A stretch of 64,000 nucleotides of DNA from an uncultured delta proteobacterium (GTDB lineage Bacteria > Myxococcota_A > Polyangia > Polyangiales > Polyangiaceae), in assembly GCA_963806225.1 (NCBI GenBank), contig CAWDXG010000004.1, positions 2,592,001 through 2,656,000 of the forward strand, given 5' to 3'. The notes under the pieces were generated by a model, which saw nothing but the letters and a program-made list of their open reading frames with translations, ran no database searches and was not told the origin of the DNA. A program made the position numbers and the translations under genes. How positions within the stretch are numbered: the first letter of the stretch is position 1; every line of letters starts with the position of its first letter. Positions 27,138 to 37,229 of the stretch are shown in pieces.

Positions 27138-27872
27138 ATGAGCTTCACCAGCGATCTCTCCATCGACGAGCTGCTGCTGATCGAGGAGGTCGGCTTCGAA
27201 CCCATCGAGCTGTGCATGGGCTCGAGCTACTTCCATATCGGTTGGCAGCGCTCGGCGTGGAGCCAGAACATGGAGCTCGGCAATATCTCGCAGCTCATGC
27301 TCTCGGCGCGGCTGTACGCGATCGGGCGCATGGTCCAGCAGGCCGAGACGTTTGGCGCCGACGGCATCGTCTCGATGCAGGTCGACATGGTGCGGCACGG
27401 TCACCACGCCGAGTTCACGGCGATCGGCACCGCCGTGCGGCGCCGCGACGGGCAGGGCGCGGCGTGGCGCGTCGGGGGCCACCCGTTCACCTGCGATCTG
27501 TCCGGCGAGGACTTCTGGGGACTGGTGCGAGGCGGCTTCCGTCCGATAAACCTCGCCCACGGCGTGTGCGTGTACCACGTCGCGCACCAGGGCCTCGGCG
27601 CGTGGTTCAAGCAGATCGGCCAGAACGTCGAACAACAGCAGTACACGCAGGCCCTCTACGACGCGCGCGAGCTCGCGATGGAGCGCATGCAGGGCGAGGC
27701 TGCGCGCCTCGGTGCGCATGGCGTCGTGGGCGTGGAGGTGCGCGAGGGCAGCCACGGCTGGGAGTCGCATGTCGTCGAGTACGTCGCGGTCGGGACCGGC
27801 GTCGCGCCGATCGTCGACCCGACGCACGAGGTGCACGAACCACCGAAGCTCGTGATGTTCGCGCAGGATTGA
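27138..27872 (+). CDS. YbjQ/UPF0145-like double-domain protein 3
   Basis: FTSDLS...GADGIV...AIGTAV and FTCDLS...ARELAMERMQGEA...GAHGVVGV...AVGTGV. Confidence 0.82.
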   Translation: MSFTSDLSIDELLLIEEVGFEPIELCMGSSYFHIGWQRSAWSQNMELGNISQLMLSARLYAIGRMVQQAETFGADGIVSMQVDMVRHGHHAEFTAIGTAVRRRDGQGAAWRVGGHPFTCDLSGEDFWGLVRGGFRPINLAHGVCVYHVAHQGLGAWFKQIGQNVEQQQYTQALYDARELAMERMQGEAARLGAHGVVGVEVREGSHGWESHVVEYVAVGTGVAPIVDPTHEVHEPPKLVMFAQD

Positions 27873-27897
27873 GCGGTTGTCCGCGGCTGGCCCGGCA

Positions 27898-28506
27898 CTA
27901 GCCGGAGGGCGATGTCGGGGCTATCGCGGCGGCGATCGTGTCGAGCACCTGCTGCTGGTCGACCGAGCGCAGGTACTCGGCGTATTCCTCCAGCCGCTGC
28001 CGGAAGGCGCGGCCCTGCTCGGTGTCGAGCTGGAAGTGTTCGGCTTCGTCGTCGGAGAAGTCGAAGTTGATGAAGCCGCGGCAGCCGGACGACCCGCACA
28101 GGCAGGGATCGCGCTCGGGCTCGTTCCGCGTGACCCAGCCGTAGAAGATGGTCACTTCCTCGCCGGGCTGGATAGGACGAATGCACTGGATGCGGCCCTC
28201 GCCGCTCGAATAGATGGCGGCGTTGGGGTTGCAGCTGTGGTTGCACAGCCAGCCACCCGGCACGCTGGTGTCGGGAATGATGACCCAGTAGCGGTCGGAC
28301 AGCAGCGTGAACTTCGTGTCAGCGGCGGCGACGGCCTCCGGGTCCTCCACGTCGAGCCTGCGCTGCTTGGGCGCGTATGGCACGATCAAGTCGCCCGGCT
28401 CGAAGCGGCGGCGCGCGAAGACTCCCCTGCCCTCGATGGTGCTGTCGCGGAACAGCACGGGAGCCAGGCTGAACATGGTCTTCTTCTTGGTGCTGCGCTT
28501 CGCCAC
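27898..28506 (-). CDS. SET-domain protein-lysine methyltransferase with post-SET motif
   Basis: GRGVFA, NHSCNPN, GEEVTIFY, CLCGSSGCRG. Confidence 0.88.
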   Translation of the reverse strand: MAKRSTKKKTMFSLAPVLFRDSTIEGRGVFARRRFEPGDLIVPYAPKQRRLDVEDPEAVAAADTKFTLLSDRYWVIIPDTSVPGGWLCNHSCNPNAAIYSSGEGRIQCIRPIQPGEEVTIFYGWVTRNEPERDPCLCGSSGCRGFINFDFSDDEAEHFQLDTEQGRAFRQRLEEYAEYLRSVDQQQVLDTIAAAIAPTSPSG

Positions 28507-28567
28507 GGGCGGCCCAGCGTAGCGCAGTCAGCGGGCCCGGCACCGGGCTTCGGCGCCGGACGGTCGT

Positions 28568-28777
28568 TCAGCCGCAGCCTTCGCACTGCGCGATGCCGAC
28601 GAGCTCCCGCGCGTCATCGCAGTCGATATCCGTCCCCGCGTGGAGCAGCCGGAGCGCCCGTTCGAGCCACACGGCCCTGTGCTCCGGCTCGGTCTCCATA
28701 GCCGATTTCAATGCGTCCCGCGCTTCCGGAGGGACGGCGCTGCTGTGGAGAAGAAGCCTCGTAATCGAAAACGCCAT
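28568..28777 (-). CDS. Small hypothetical protein
   Basis: 69-aa ORF with plausible composition, ending DIDCDDARELVG. Confidence 0.45.
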   Translation of the reverse strand: MAFSITRLLLHSSAVPPEARDALKSAMETEPEHRAVWLERALRLLHAGTDIDCDDARELVGIAQCEGCG

Positions 28778-28887
28778 GCTATCTGACCCGTTTCCGGGCG
28801 GATCAAGCCGCCCATCTAGAGGAACATGGGGCGCCCTTCCGCTCCGTCAAGATGTCGACGGCGCGCCAGCCCGTTCCGGCGTCGACT

Positions 28888-29500
28888 TCATCGCGCGCAC
28901 GATGAGTGAAACGCGGCACCGAGGATCGGCAGCAGCACTTCGCGGCCGAGGTCGATGCCGAAGCCAACCGCATACGACGGCCCGCTCGATCCCATCCAGT
29001 CCTGGCGCACCTCGCCCCAGCCATGGAGGCCGCTCAAGACATAGGTGGCAATCGTGCCGCGACGGCACTCCGCGGCTTCCATGATGGTCTGGTAGAACGG
29101 ATACGCTTCCCCGCGCAGTCCAACGCCGAAACCGATCAGCTTGGTCGAATCGGAGCTGCTGTGCCAGAGCGGCGCGAAAGTGCCGGTTGCCACGAACAGC
29201 GGCCCTCGAGCGCCGGCACGCGCCGACACACCGGCGCCGAGACCGGTGGCGAGGAACGAGCGTCGCTGCCCCGGCGCGAGCGTGCGCTGGGCGTCCATCC
29301 CGAACACCACGTCGAGCTGCACGGACCGCGACAGCTGCGCCACAGATAGCTCGTCGTCGAAGGCAAGCGAAAGCACTCGCGAGTGGAACAGGTGCGAGTA
29401 GCCCCAACCGACCTTGATCGGACCACGCACGTCGAGTTCCAGGTGCGATGACGCGGGCGACGGCGCTCCGGTGGCGATCACCTGATCGGCCCGTGCCTGA
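28888..29500 (-). pseudogene. Hypothetical protein gene apparently lacking its 5' end (joined to the intron RT fragment)
   Basis: Open frame with beta-strand-like composition whose only upstream start lies inside the RT remnant. Confidence 0.4.
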
Positions 29501-30175
29501 GCCCAGAATCTTGCGCTTCCATGCAAGGTCGATCGCGCTCTTCGACTCGTTGACGCGCAGCCGGAGTCGCCCGTACAGCCGCCGTAGCAGCCTCATCACG
29601 CGCTCGCCTGCTCGCCGGGACCGCACGTAAACGCTGCAGTCGTCGGCGTAGCGCACGAAGGCGTGACCGCGCTTCTCCAGCTCCTTGTCGACCTCGTCGA
29701 GGAGCACGTTCGCGAGCAGCGGCGACAAGGGCCCGCCTTGCGGCGTCCCCTCGTGCCGTTCCACCACCACCCCGTTCGCCAGCACGCCGGCTTCGAGATA
29801 GCGGCGGATGAGCCCCAGCACGCGGCGGTCGCCGACGCGCTTCGCCATCCTTCCCATCAGCACGTCGTGGTGTACGCGGTCGAAGAATTGCTCCAGGTCC
29901 ACGTCAACCACCCACTTGCGACCGGCCTGGACGTGCCGGTGCGCTTCGACGACAGCGTCGTGCGCACGGTGACCGGGCCGGAAGCCGTGGCTGTGCTTCG
30001 AGAAGTCCGTGCCCGCCGCCGCCTCGGATCCGGTTCTTGTACATCGGCCCGCGGTTTCGCTCCCCGCTTCCTTCCCACGGTCGGTCGCTCTCCCGCAGTT
30101 GCGGTTCGCTTCGATCGGGATGACTTCCTCTCGGCCGGACTTCCACCGGCAAGACAGCGCCCATGCTGGGCGCAC
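29501..30175 (-). mobile_element. Class C (IIC) group II intron remnant: 5' end/domain I start, internal deletion, RT fragment, 3' truncated
   Basis: Begins GTGCGCCCAGCATGGGCG at 30175, 5 nt after a terminator stem. RT fragment 30007..29501 reads DFSKHSHGFRPG, VDVDLEQFFDRVHHD, GTPQGGPLSPLLANVLLD, RYADD, LRVNESKS, KILG. Confidence 0.9.
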
Positions 30176-30213
30176 AAACACCAACGCCCACCCGGAATCC
30201 GGATGGGCGTTGG
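30176..30213 (-). terminator. Intrinsic terminator of the upstream lipoprotein gene and target of the IIC intron
   Basis: Minus strand CCAACGCCCATCCGG-ATT-CCGGGTGGGCGTTGG-TGTTT. Confidence 0.75.
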
Positions 30214-30263
30214 ATCGGTGTGACGAGCCGCTGCCAGAGCGGCGCGCGCCGTGGCTCAGCCTA

Positions 30264-31127
30264 CTACTGCCAGGCGCAGCCGGGCTGGGCCTGGCACAGT
30301 ACCTGCGTGCTGATCGCGTTGCAGGCCGTGGGAGTACCGCCGCACGTGGCGGTACTGTAGGAGCAGCCGGCGGCGTTGCAGAGGCTCGCGGTCGGGAACG
30401 TGTCGCACGAGTTCGCCGTGCCGCTGCACGTCGAGCTGCCCGGATCCCAGCTGCAACCGATGGTCGTGCAGCCGGATGCGCTGGTCTTGTTGCCGCAATC
30501 GGTGGGAGTGCCGGTGCAGTCGTTGGTCGCGGCCGTGCAACCGTCCGCCGAGATGCAGTCGGAAGCGTTGAGCGTGTTGCACGCCGACGCCGTGCCGGTG
30601 CAGGACATCGACGTAGTGCCGCCGGTGCCGCCGGTGCCTGCCGTGCCGCCGGTGCCTGCCGTGCCGCCGGTGCCTGCCGTGCCGCCGGTGCCTGCCGTGC
30701 CGCCGGTGCCTGCCGTGCCGCCGGTGCCTGCCGTGCCGCCGGTGCCTGCCGTGCCGCCGGTGCCTGCCGTGCCGCCGGTGCCTGCCGTGCCGCCGGTGCC
30801 TGCCGTGCCGCCGGTGCCTGCCGTGCCGCCGGTGCCTGCCGTACCGCCGGTGCCTGCCGTGCCGCCGGTGCCTGCCGTGCCGCCGGTGCCTGCCGTGCCG
30901 CCGGTGCCTGCCGTGCCGCCCATCGCGCCGGTGCCGCCCGAGCCGCCGAAAGCGCCGGACCCTCCAGAACCACCCGTCGCACCCGTGCCGCCGGTGCCCG
31001 CGCCACCCTCCGTCGCGCCTCCGGTTCCGCCGCTGCCGCCCCCATTGTTGCTGCTTCCGCAGCCCTGGAACGCTATGGCGCCGAGAAAAATCCCAATGAC
31101 TATCAAGCTATTACTGGTTCTCATCAT
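30264..31127 (-). CDS. Lipoprotein with long GGTAGT linker and Cys-rich C-terminal repeats
   Basis: IAFQGC lipobox; C-terminal CTGT..C......C....GC.W repeats. Confidence 0.75.
   Translation of the reverse strand: MMRTSNSLIVIGIFLGAIAFQGCGSSNNGGGSGGTGGATEGGAGTGGTGATGGSGGSGAFGGSGGTGAMGGTAGTGGTAGTGGTAGTGGTAGTGGTAGTGGTAGTGGTAGTGGTAGTGGTAGTGGTAGTGGTAGTGGTAGTGGTAGTGGTAGTGGTAGTGGTAGTGGTGGTTSMSCTGTASACNTLNASDCISADGCTAATNDCTGTPTDCGNKTSASGCTTIGCSWDPGSSTCSGTANSCDTFPTASLCNAAGCSYSTATCGGTPTACNAISTQVLCQAQPGCAWQ
30633..30920. repeat. Coding VNTR, 18 bp x16 (GGTAGT)
   Basis: GGTGCCTGCCGTGCCGCC x16 with a single synonymous variant at 30843. Confidence 0.93.
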
Positions 31128-31291
31128 GTGAAGTGCCCTCGCTAGAACGGTTCGTGGAACCACCCCGCAGACATTATGACGGGCATCATGATCTCGCCAA
31201 CTCCCACAGCGCCGCGTGATCAGGCCTCTGGGCCGGCTGCCTCTCCGGTCCCCGCTTGACGCCTGCGAAGAGCGCCTGGACAAGGGGCGGC

Positions 31292-31726
31292 ATGAAGGAT
31301 CTCGACACGCCGAAGGTGCGTCATCTGCTCAACTCCATCCTCGAGCACGAGCTCGCAGGGGTGGTGCGCTACACGCACTACGCACTGATGGTGACGGGGC
31401 CGAACCGCATCCCGCTCGTCGCGTTCATGAAGACGCAGGCGCAGGAGTCGCTGACGCACGCCGAGCAGGTGGGCGAGCTGCTCACCGGACTCGAGGGGCA
31501 CCCCTCGCTCAGCATCGCCAAGCTGGAGGAATCCAACAAGCACTCCACCCAGGCGCTCATCGCCGAGAGCCTGAAGCACGAGGAAGCGGCGTCGAGACTC
31601 TACAAGGAGCTGCTCGCCAGCGTGCAGGATGCAAGCGTGTACCTCGAGGAGTTCGCGCGCTCCATGATCGGCCAGGAAGAGCTGCACCAGCTGGAGCTGC
31701 GCAAGATGCTGCGCGACTTCAGCTAG
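31292..31726 (+). CDS. Ferritin-like / bacterioferritin-family protein
   Basis: Di-iron ligand pattern E..(HELAG)..Y..ESLTH..E..EELH; four-helix size (144 aa). Confidence 0.8.
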   Translation: MKDLDTPKVRHLLNSILEHELAGVVRYTHYALMVTGPNRIPLVAFMKTQAQESLTHAEQVGELLTGLEGHPSLSIAKLEESNKHSTQALIAESLKHEEAASRLYKELLASVQDASVYLEEFARSMIGQEELHQLELRKMLRDFS

Positions 31727-31741
31727 GGTCGGCGCTCGCGC

Positions 31742-33203
31742 TCAGTAGCCGAAGTCCGGAGTCCCCGGCTTGGCGGTCGCGGCGGGCTTCTTCGGCACAG
31801 CGGTGGGCTTCGGCTTGGACGTTCGCGACGGGCCGTCGCGCGACGTGCTGCGATACCTTCGCCGAGGGCTTCGTGGGCGGAGGCGCCTTGGGCGCCGTCG
31901 GCTTTGCGGGTGGAGGCGGAGGTGCCGCCTGCTCGCTTGCGCTCGGTGCGGAAGGTGCTTCGGGCGTGGCCGAGGGCTCCGCTGGCGGCTTCTCCGCACT
32001 GGCGGGCGCAGCGATCGCGGAGGGAGCGGCGGATGCCGACGCAGCGCCTTGCCCGTGCGAGAGATGCCCGACGGCGAGGGCCCCCCCTCCGATCACGACG
32101 ATCGCCGCGCCACCCAGCGCCGCCAGCAACGGCGCCCGGCTGCGCTGCATCGGCGGCGTATCGGCCTGCGAAGATGCCCAGTTGCCGGAAGTCTGTGCGC
32201 CGGACGCGACGACGGGAGCACCCGTCATAGGCTGCGAGTGTGCGAACGCCGGCTGACCGGCCGTGTCGGCGGAAACGGCAGCCACGTTGCCCGTGATGTC
32301 GGCGATCGACACTGCGGATGCTCGCGGCGGAGCGGCCACAGCGGCGCCGTGCTCCTCCCACTCCTGAAGCGCGGCAGCGAACTCCTGTGCAGTCTGGAAT
32401 CGATGGGCGGCATCGCGGGCCATGGCCTTCTCGACCACCGTCGCGAACGCCGGATCCAGATCCGGCACGACCTGCCGCACCGGTACCGGTTCCGAGAGCA
32501 CGATCTTGAACAGAAGCTGGTTGAAGGTTGCTGCATCGAACGGCACCGAACCCGTCACGGCTTCGTAGAGGATGACTCCGATGGCGTAGAGGTCACTGCG
32601 CGCGTCAACCTCGGCGCTGCCGTGCGCCTGCTCCGGCGACATGTAGTACGGCGTGCCCATGACCGCGCCGGTCTGGGTCATCCTCATCTCATTGTTCAAC
32701 GGCTGGAACTTCGAGATGCCGAAATCGATGATCTTTACGAAATCGGCTTTCCCGGCCTTTTCCCTGAGAAGGAAGATATTGTCGGGTTTCAGGTCGCGGT
32801 GGATGATGCCCGCGTCGTGGGCCGCGCCAAGACCGAGCAGCACCTCGCGCGCGATCGGCGACAGCTCGCGCGGGGTCAGCCTGCCCCTCGTCTTGATGCG
32901 CTGGCCCAGGGCCTCGCCGTCGAGGAACTCCATCACCATGAACAGGTCGCCGTTCGAGAGCTGCCCGAGATCGAGCACTTCGAGGATGTGATCGTTGCCG
33001 ATCCGGCCCGCGGCCTGCGCTTCCCGCTCGAACCGCTTGACCACGTCGGCGTTGCCGGCGAAGGCGGCGTGCAGCACCTTGATAGCGACGCGGCGGTTGA
33101 TGCGGACGTTCTCGCCTTCGTAGACGGCGCCCATGCCGCCTTCGCCAATCAGGCGGACGATGCGGTACTTGCCTTCGATGACCTCGCCGGGCTCAAGTGA
33201 CAT
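31742..33203 (-). CDS. Hanks-type Ser/Thr protein kinase with TM helix and Pro-rich tail ending PDFGY; +1 frameshift at ~31822
   Basis: GEGGMGAVY, VAIK, HRDLKPDN, DFG, GTPYYMSPEQ. Removing one T gives ...PVATSKPKPT...TPDFGY*. Confidence 0.92.
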
Positions 33204-33399
33204 ACCCACTCCGGGAAGCTCCAAGCCTACCGATGAATCGCGCCAGGCGCTATCAGTGTGTCGGCTCGGGGTGCCGGAGTGCACCTGCCGATAAAATTCT
33301 GTGTAATTTCCGGGCCAAGCCAGGACCAGTTTCCCTGGGATTCCCGCGACGCGTGCCAACGGGTCTGGATCACACGCCCGTGTGATAGCATCCGACCCC

Positions 33400-34474
33400 A
33401 TGACATTCCTCCGGCGGGGGACGCTCGGCGCTGTCGCATTGCTCGTCGGGTTGCACGCCACCAAGGGCTACGCGCAAACGGACGAACAGCGCGCAGGGGC
33501 GCGCGCCGCCGCTACGCAGGGCTTCCACCAGTTCCAGCAAGGCCACTGGCAGAAGGCGATCGACCTCTTCACGCGCGCGCAGGCGCTGGTCCGCGCCCCG
33601 ACCCAGGTGCTGTTCATCGCGAGGGCGCAGGCGAAGCTCGGTCATTACGTCAAGGCGCGCGAGCTGTACCTCCAGATCGTCCACGAGACGCTCGCGCCGG
33701 GCGCCCCCGCAGCGTTCCACCGAGCGCAGAGCTCGGCGTCCACGGAAGTGAAGGACGTTCGAGGCGAAGATCGCCCACGTGACCATCACGGTGAGCGGAG
33801 CCGGCAACACGACGGTGATCGTGACGATGGATGGCAAGCCGGTGCCCCCCGCGCTCGTCGGCATCGCAATGCCGATCGACCCGGGCGCCCACCAGGTGAA
33901 GGCGGTCGCGTCTGGCTTCAAGCCCGCCGAACAGAGCGTCAAGCTCGCGCCAGCAGGCTCGCAGGATATCTCGCTGAAGCTCGAAGCCGGGCCGGACGCC
34001 GCGAACGACGCGCCGATGGGGCTGACAAGTGCGCCGCCCGACGAGTCGAGCCCTGCCCCGAGTGCTCCGCCGCCCGACACCGGGGACAACGGCACCGGCA
34101 AGGGCGGCTCCAGCGGGCTGCGTATCGGGTCGTACGTGGCGCTGGGCGTGGGCGTGGTCGGGCTGGGGCTTGGTACATTTTTCGTGCTGCGCTCGAGCAG
34201 CAAGCGCAAGGACGCGGACGCGGCCTACAAGGCCTGCGGGTCACCCTGCCTCGACAGCAATCCCAAGTCGGCCGAGGTCGCTTCGCTGGACAGCTCCGCC
34301 AGGAGCGCCAAGACGCTCGGCACCGTGGGCTTCATCGTCGGCGGAGTGGGCGTGGCCACCGGGGTGACGTTGTTTCTGCTGTCCGGCAAGAAGCAAGGAG
34401 CCGAGCACGCCGACGCTCCCTCGATCCATCCGTGGATCGGTCTGGAATCGGCGGGCATGACCGGCACTTTCTAG
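33400..34474 (+). CDS. Secreted TPR plus PEGA-like domain protein; +1 frameshift at ~33758
   Basis: Signal peptide, TPR-like helices (AIDLFTRA...FIARAQAKLG), PEGA-like VTMDGKPV...IDPGAHQV, two hydrophobic segments, terminal ...AGMTGTF. Confidence 0.75.
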
Positions 34475-34506
34475 CGCGGCAGCGCGCTTGGCTTGGGAGA
34501 AGGACG

Positions 34507-36321
34507 ATGGCGAACGACAAGCGGCGCAGTGTGATCCGGTGGTGCTCGGTTGCAATTTTCGGGCTGGTCTGTGCGCTCGTCGTCGCCGGGTGCTCGGCTG
34601 GAGACGGGGCGACGGGCGACGGGCAGCCGGCGCAGGTCCAGCAGGGGTTGGTGTCGTGCAACAACAGCCCGTGCTGGCACCTCGACAACAACAACCAGTG
34701 CGTGAAAAACTCCATCGGCGACGCATGCATAGGCGTAAAGGGGCGTTGCGCGAACCAGAGCTACACAAAGCCGATTCTCGTGTGCTGTACCACGGGCTGC
34801 ATCGACAGCGGCGGCTACTGTGCGGGCGGCACGTCCGGCAACGCTTGCGGCGCCAACGGCGACGACTGCGTGGCCTGCCAGCACAAGGAGTGCGAGGTCC
34901 CGCAGTGCTCGGGCGGAGTGTGTCAGGCTGCAACGACGGCTGCGGATGGAGCTACGTGTACGGGCGGCCTGTGCGAGGGCGGTAGCTGCTGCACAGGTTG
35001 CGTCCCGTCGCCCGGCAAGTGCGCGCTGGGCAGCACGCCGGCCGAGTGCGGGCAGAAGGGCGCGGCCTGCCAGGACTGCAACGACAACGACCCTTGCACC
35101 CAGGACCTCTGCACCGCGGCGGGGTGCTCGCATCCGCCCGCCGATGGCGGCGGGTGCAAGGACAGCGCCGGAGCGTCGGGCATCTGTCACGGCGGCGCCT
35201 GCTGCACCGGTTGCTGGGGTAGCGACGGCAAGTGCCACAACGAGGAATCCGCGACTTTCTGCGGCCTTGGTGGCATCGCTTGCCCGCCCCCCTGCGACGA
35301 CAAGAACCCCTGCACCAAGAATACCTGCGACGCCAGCAAGGGCACCTGCGCGTTCCCCAACCTTTCGACGTCCACAACATGCGACGACGGTGATCCCTGC
35401 ACAACCAGCGATCATTGTGCGAATGGAGCCTGCGGCGGCACGACGGTGAGCTGTGACGATGGCCAGCCGTGCACGAAGGACACCTGCAACTCGTCGAATG
35501 GGAACTGCGTCCATACCAACCTTGCCAACAACACTCCTTGCGACGACCAGAACTCGTGCTCGACCGTCGACGTTTGCACCAACGGAGTCTGCGCGGGGAC
35601 CGGCGGGCTGAACTGCGACGACAAGAAGGCCTGCACCAAGGACGGCTGCAGCGGCGGTTCCTGCACACACACGAATCTCTCGGGCACAGGCTGCGACGAC
35701 GGAAACGCCTGTACGCAGAGCGACACCTGCTCGAATGGTGTCTGCCAGGGCGGCACATCGGTCAACTGCAGTGACAACGACCCCTGCACCACCGACACCT
35801 GCGATGCGAAGACCGGCTGCAAGCATACGCCGGCGACCGGCCCCAACTGCGACGACGGGGACCCCTGCACTACGAACGACAAGTGCACCAACGGCAAGTG
35901 CGCGGGCACGGCCGATACCTGCGATGACAAGAATCCCTGCACCAAGGACAGCTGCACCAAGGCCACCGGGTGCTCGCACGCGCCCGACGACACAGCCAAG
36001 TGCACGGGCGGCACCTGCCACGGCGGAACGTGCGTCCTGAACGGCACCGACGGTGGTGCTGGCGCGGGCGGCGCAGCGGGAGCCGGCGGCAGTGCGGGCA
36101 GCGGTGGCAGTGCGGGCAGCGGCGGTGCCACCTCCGACGCCGGCAAGAACGACGCGGGCAACACCGACGCCGGCAACACCGACGCCGGCGAGGTCTTCTC
36201 GCGCGACGCCGGCGGCTGTGCCTGTCGAGCCGCAGGGGGTTCGCCGGGCAGCGGCGGGGAGTTGTGGCTCGCGCTGGGGCTCGTCGGGCTGTGCGCCGTG
36301 CGACGGCGCCGAGCAGCCTGA
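34507..36321 (+). CDS. Cys-rich repeat surface protein with MYXO-CTERM sorting signal
   Basis: Many CDDxxPCTxDxC repeats; C-terminal GGCACR...LWLALGLVGLCAVRRRR. Confidence 0.85.
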   Translation: MANDKRRSVIRWCSVAIFGLVCALVVAGCSAGDGATGDGQPAQVQQGLVSCNNSPCWHLDNNNQCVKNSIGDACIGVKGRCANQSYTKPILVCCTTGCIDSGGYCAGGTSGNACGANGDDCVACQHKECEVPQCSGGVCQAATTAADGATCTGGLCEGGSCCTGCVPSPGKCALGSTPAECGQKGAACQDCNDNDPCTQDLCTAAGCSHPPADGGGCKDSAGASGICHGGACCTGCWGSDGKCHNEESATFCGLGGIACPPPCDDKNPCTKNTCDASKGTCAFPNLSTSTTCDDGDPCTTSDHCANGACGGTTVSCDDGQPCTKDTCNSSNGNCVHTNLANNTPCDDQNSCSTVDVCTNGVCAGTGGLNCDDKKACTKDGCSGGSCTHTNLSGTGCDDGNACTQSDTCSNGVCQGGTSVNCSDNDPCTTDTCDAKTGCKHTPATGPNCDDGDPCTTNDKCTNGKCAGTADTCDDKNPCTKDSCTKATGCSHAPDDTAKCTGGTCHGGTCVLNGTDGGAGAGGAAGAGGSAGSGGSAGSGGATSDAGKNDAGNTDAGNTDAGEVFSRDAGGCACRAAGGSPGSGGELWLALGLVGLCAVRRRRAA

Positions 36322-36340
36322 CGCGCGTCCGCGCCGGGCC

Positions 36341-37133
36341 TCAGCCTTCGATCACGGCCGGGTCGAGGTCGACACCGATCGGGCAGTGATCGCTGCCGTG
36401 GACGTGGCGCTGGATGAACGCCCCGCGCACGAACGGCATCACCGACTCGCCGACGAGCACGTAGTCGATACGCCAGCCGACGTTGCGCTCGCGCAGACCG
36501 AAGCGCTGGCTCCACCAGGTGTAGTGTCCGCCCTCGTCGGTGAACGCGCGGAACGTGTCCACCCAACCGGCCCGGAGCCAGCGCTCGAAGGCGCGGCGTT
36601 CTTCCGGGCGGAAGCCACTGTTTTCCACGTTCTGCCGCGGGCGCGCCAGATCGATCTCCCGGTGCGCGGTGTTGAAGTCGCCCATCACGATGACGCGATT
36701 GCCCTCCTCGCGGTAGAGTTCGAGGCGGCGGCGCAGCTTCTGGTAGAAGGCGAGCTTGTAGGGGATGCGGCTCAGGTCCCGGTTCGGGCCATCGCCCTTC
36801 GGGAAGTACGCCGAGCACACGACCAGCTTGCCGAAGCGGGCGATTACCGCCCGGCCCTCGACGTTCGAAACGCGGTGCGAGCGCCGTCTCGACGATGTCG
36901 GGGCGGCGCCGCGACAGCAGCGCCACGCCGCTGTACCCGGGGCGCTCGGCTGGTGCGTAGTGCTGGTGCCAGCGCGCGCGGCGGATGCGCTCGGGCACCT
37001 GCTCTTCGAAGGCGCGGACTTCCTGCAGCCCCACCACGCTGGCCCGGCTCCGGGCGAGCCAGTTCGAAAACCCCTTGCGCTCGCAGGCGCGGAGCCCGTT
37101 GACGTTCCAGGACAGCACGCGAAAAGGGCGCAT
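36341..37133 (-). CDS. xth: Exodeoxyribonuclease III (AP endonuclease); +1 frameshift at ~36864
   Basis: SWNVNGLRA, LQEV, GYSGVA, restored FDVEGR, GDFNTAH, YTWWS, GWRIDY, SDHCP. Confidence 0.92.
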
Positions 37134-37229
37134 CGCGCCCGGACTGTAGCCGCGGCCGTGGAGCCGGACCAGCGCCTGCTGCCGCGCGGCCTTCCTCAGC
37201 CGCCCGGCTCGTGACACCATCGCCGCTCC

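Noticed and set aside
30633..30920. Tandem repeats here (and at 12190-12273 and ~56640-56880) as CRISPR arrays
   Set aside because: No spacers, unit lengths are multiples of three inside coding linkers, and no cas genes are present.
28847..31045. 732-aa ORF joining ARQAPA repeats to the RT fragment
   Set aside because: It is an alternative-frame read through the GGTAGT repeat, the terminator and intron RNA; stop-free by chance in GC-rich repetitive DNA.
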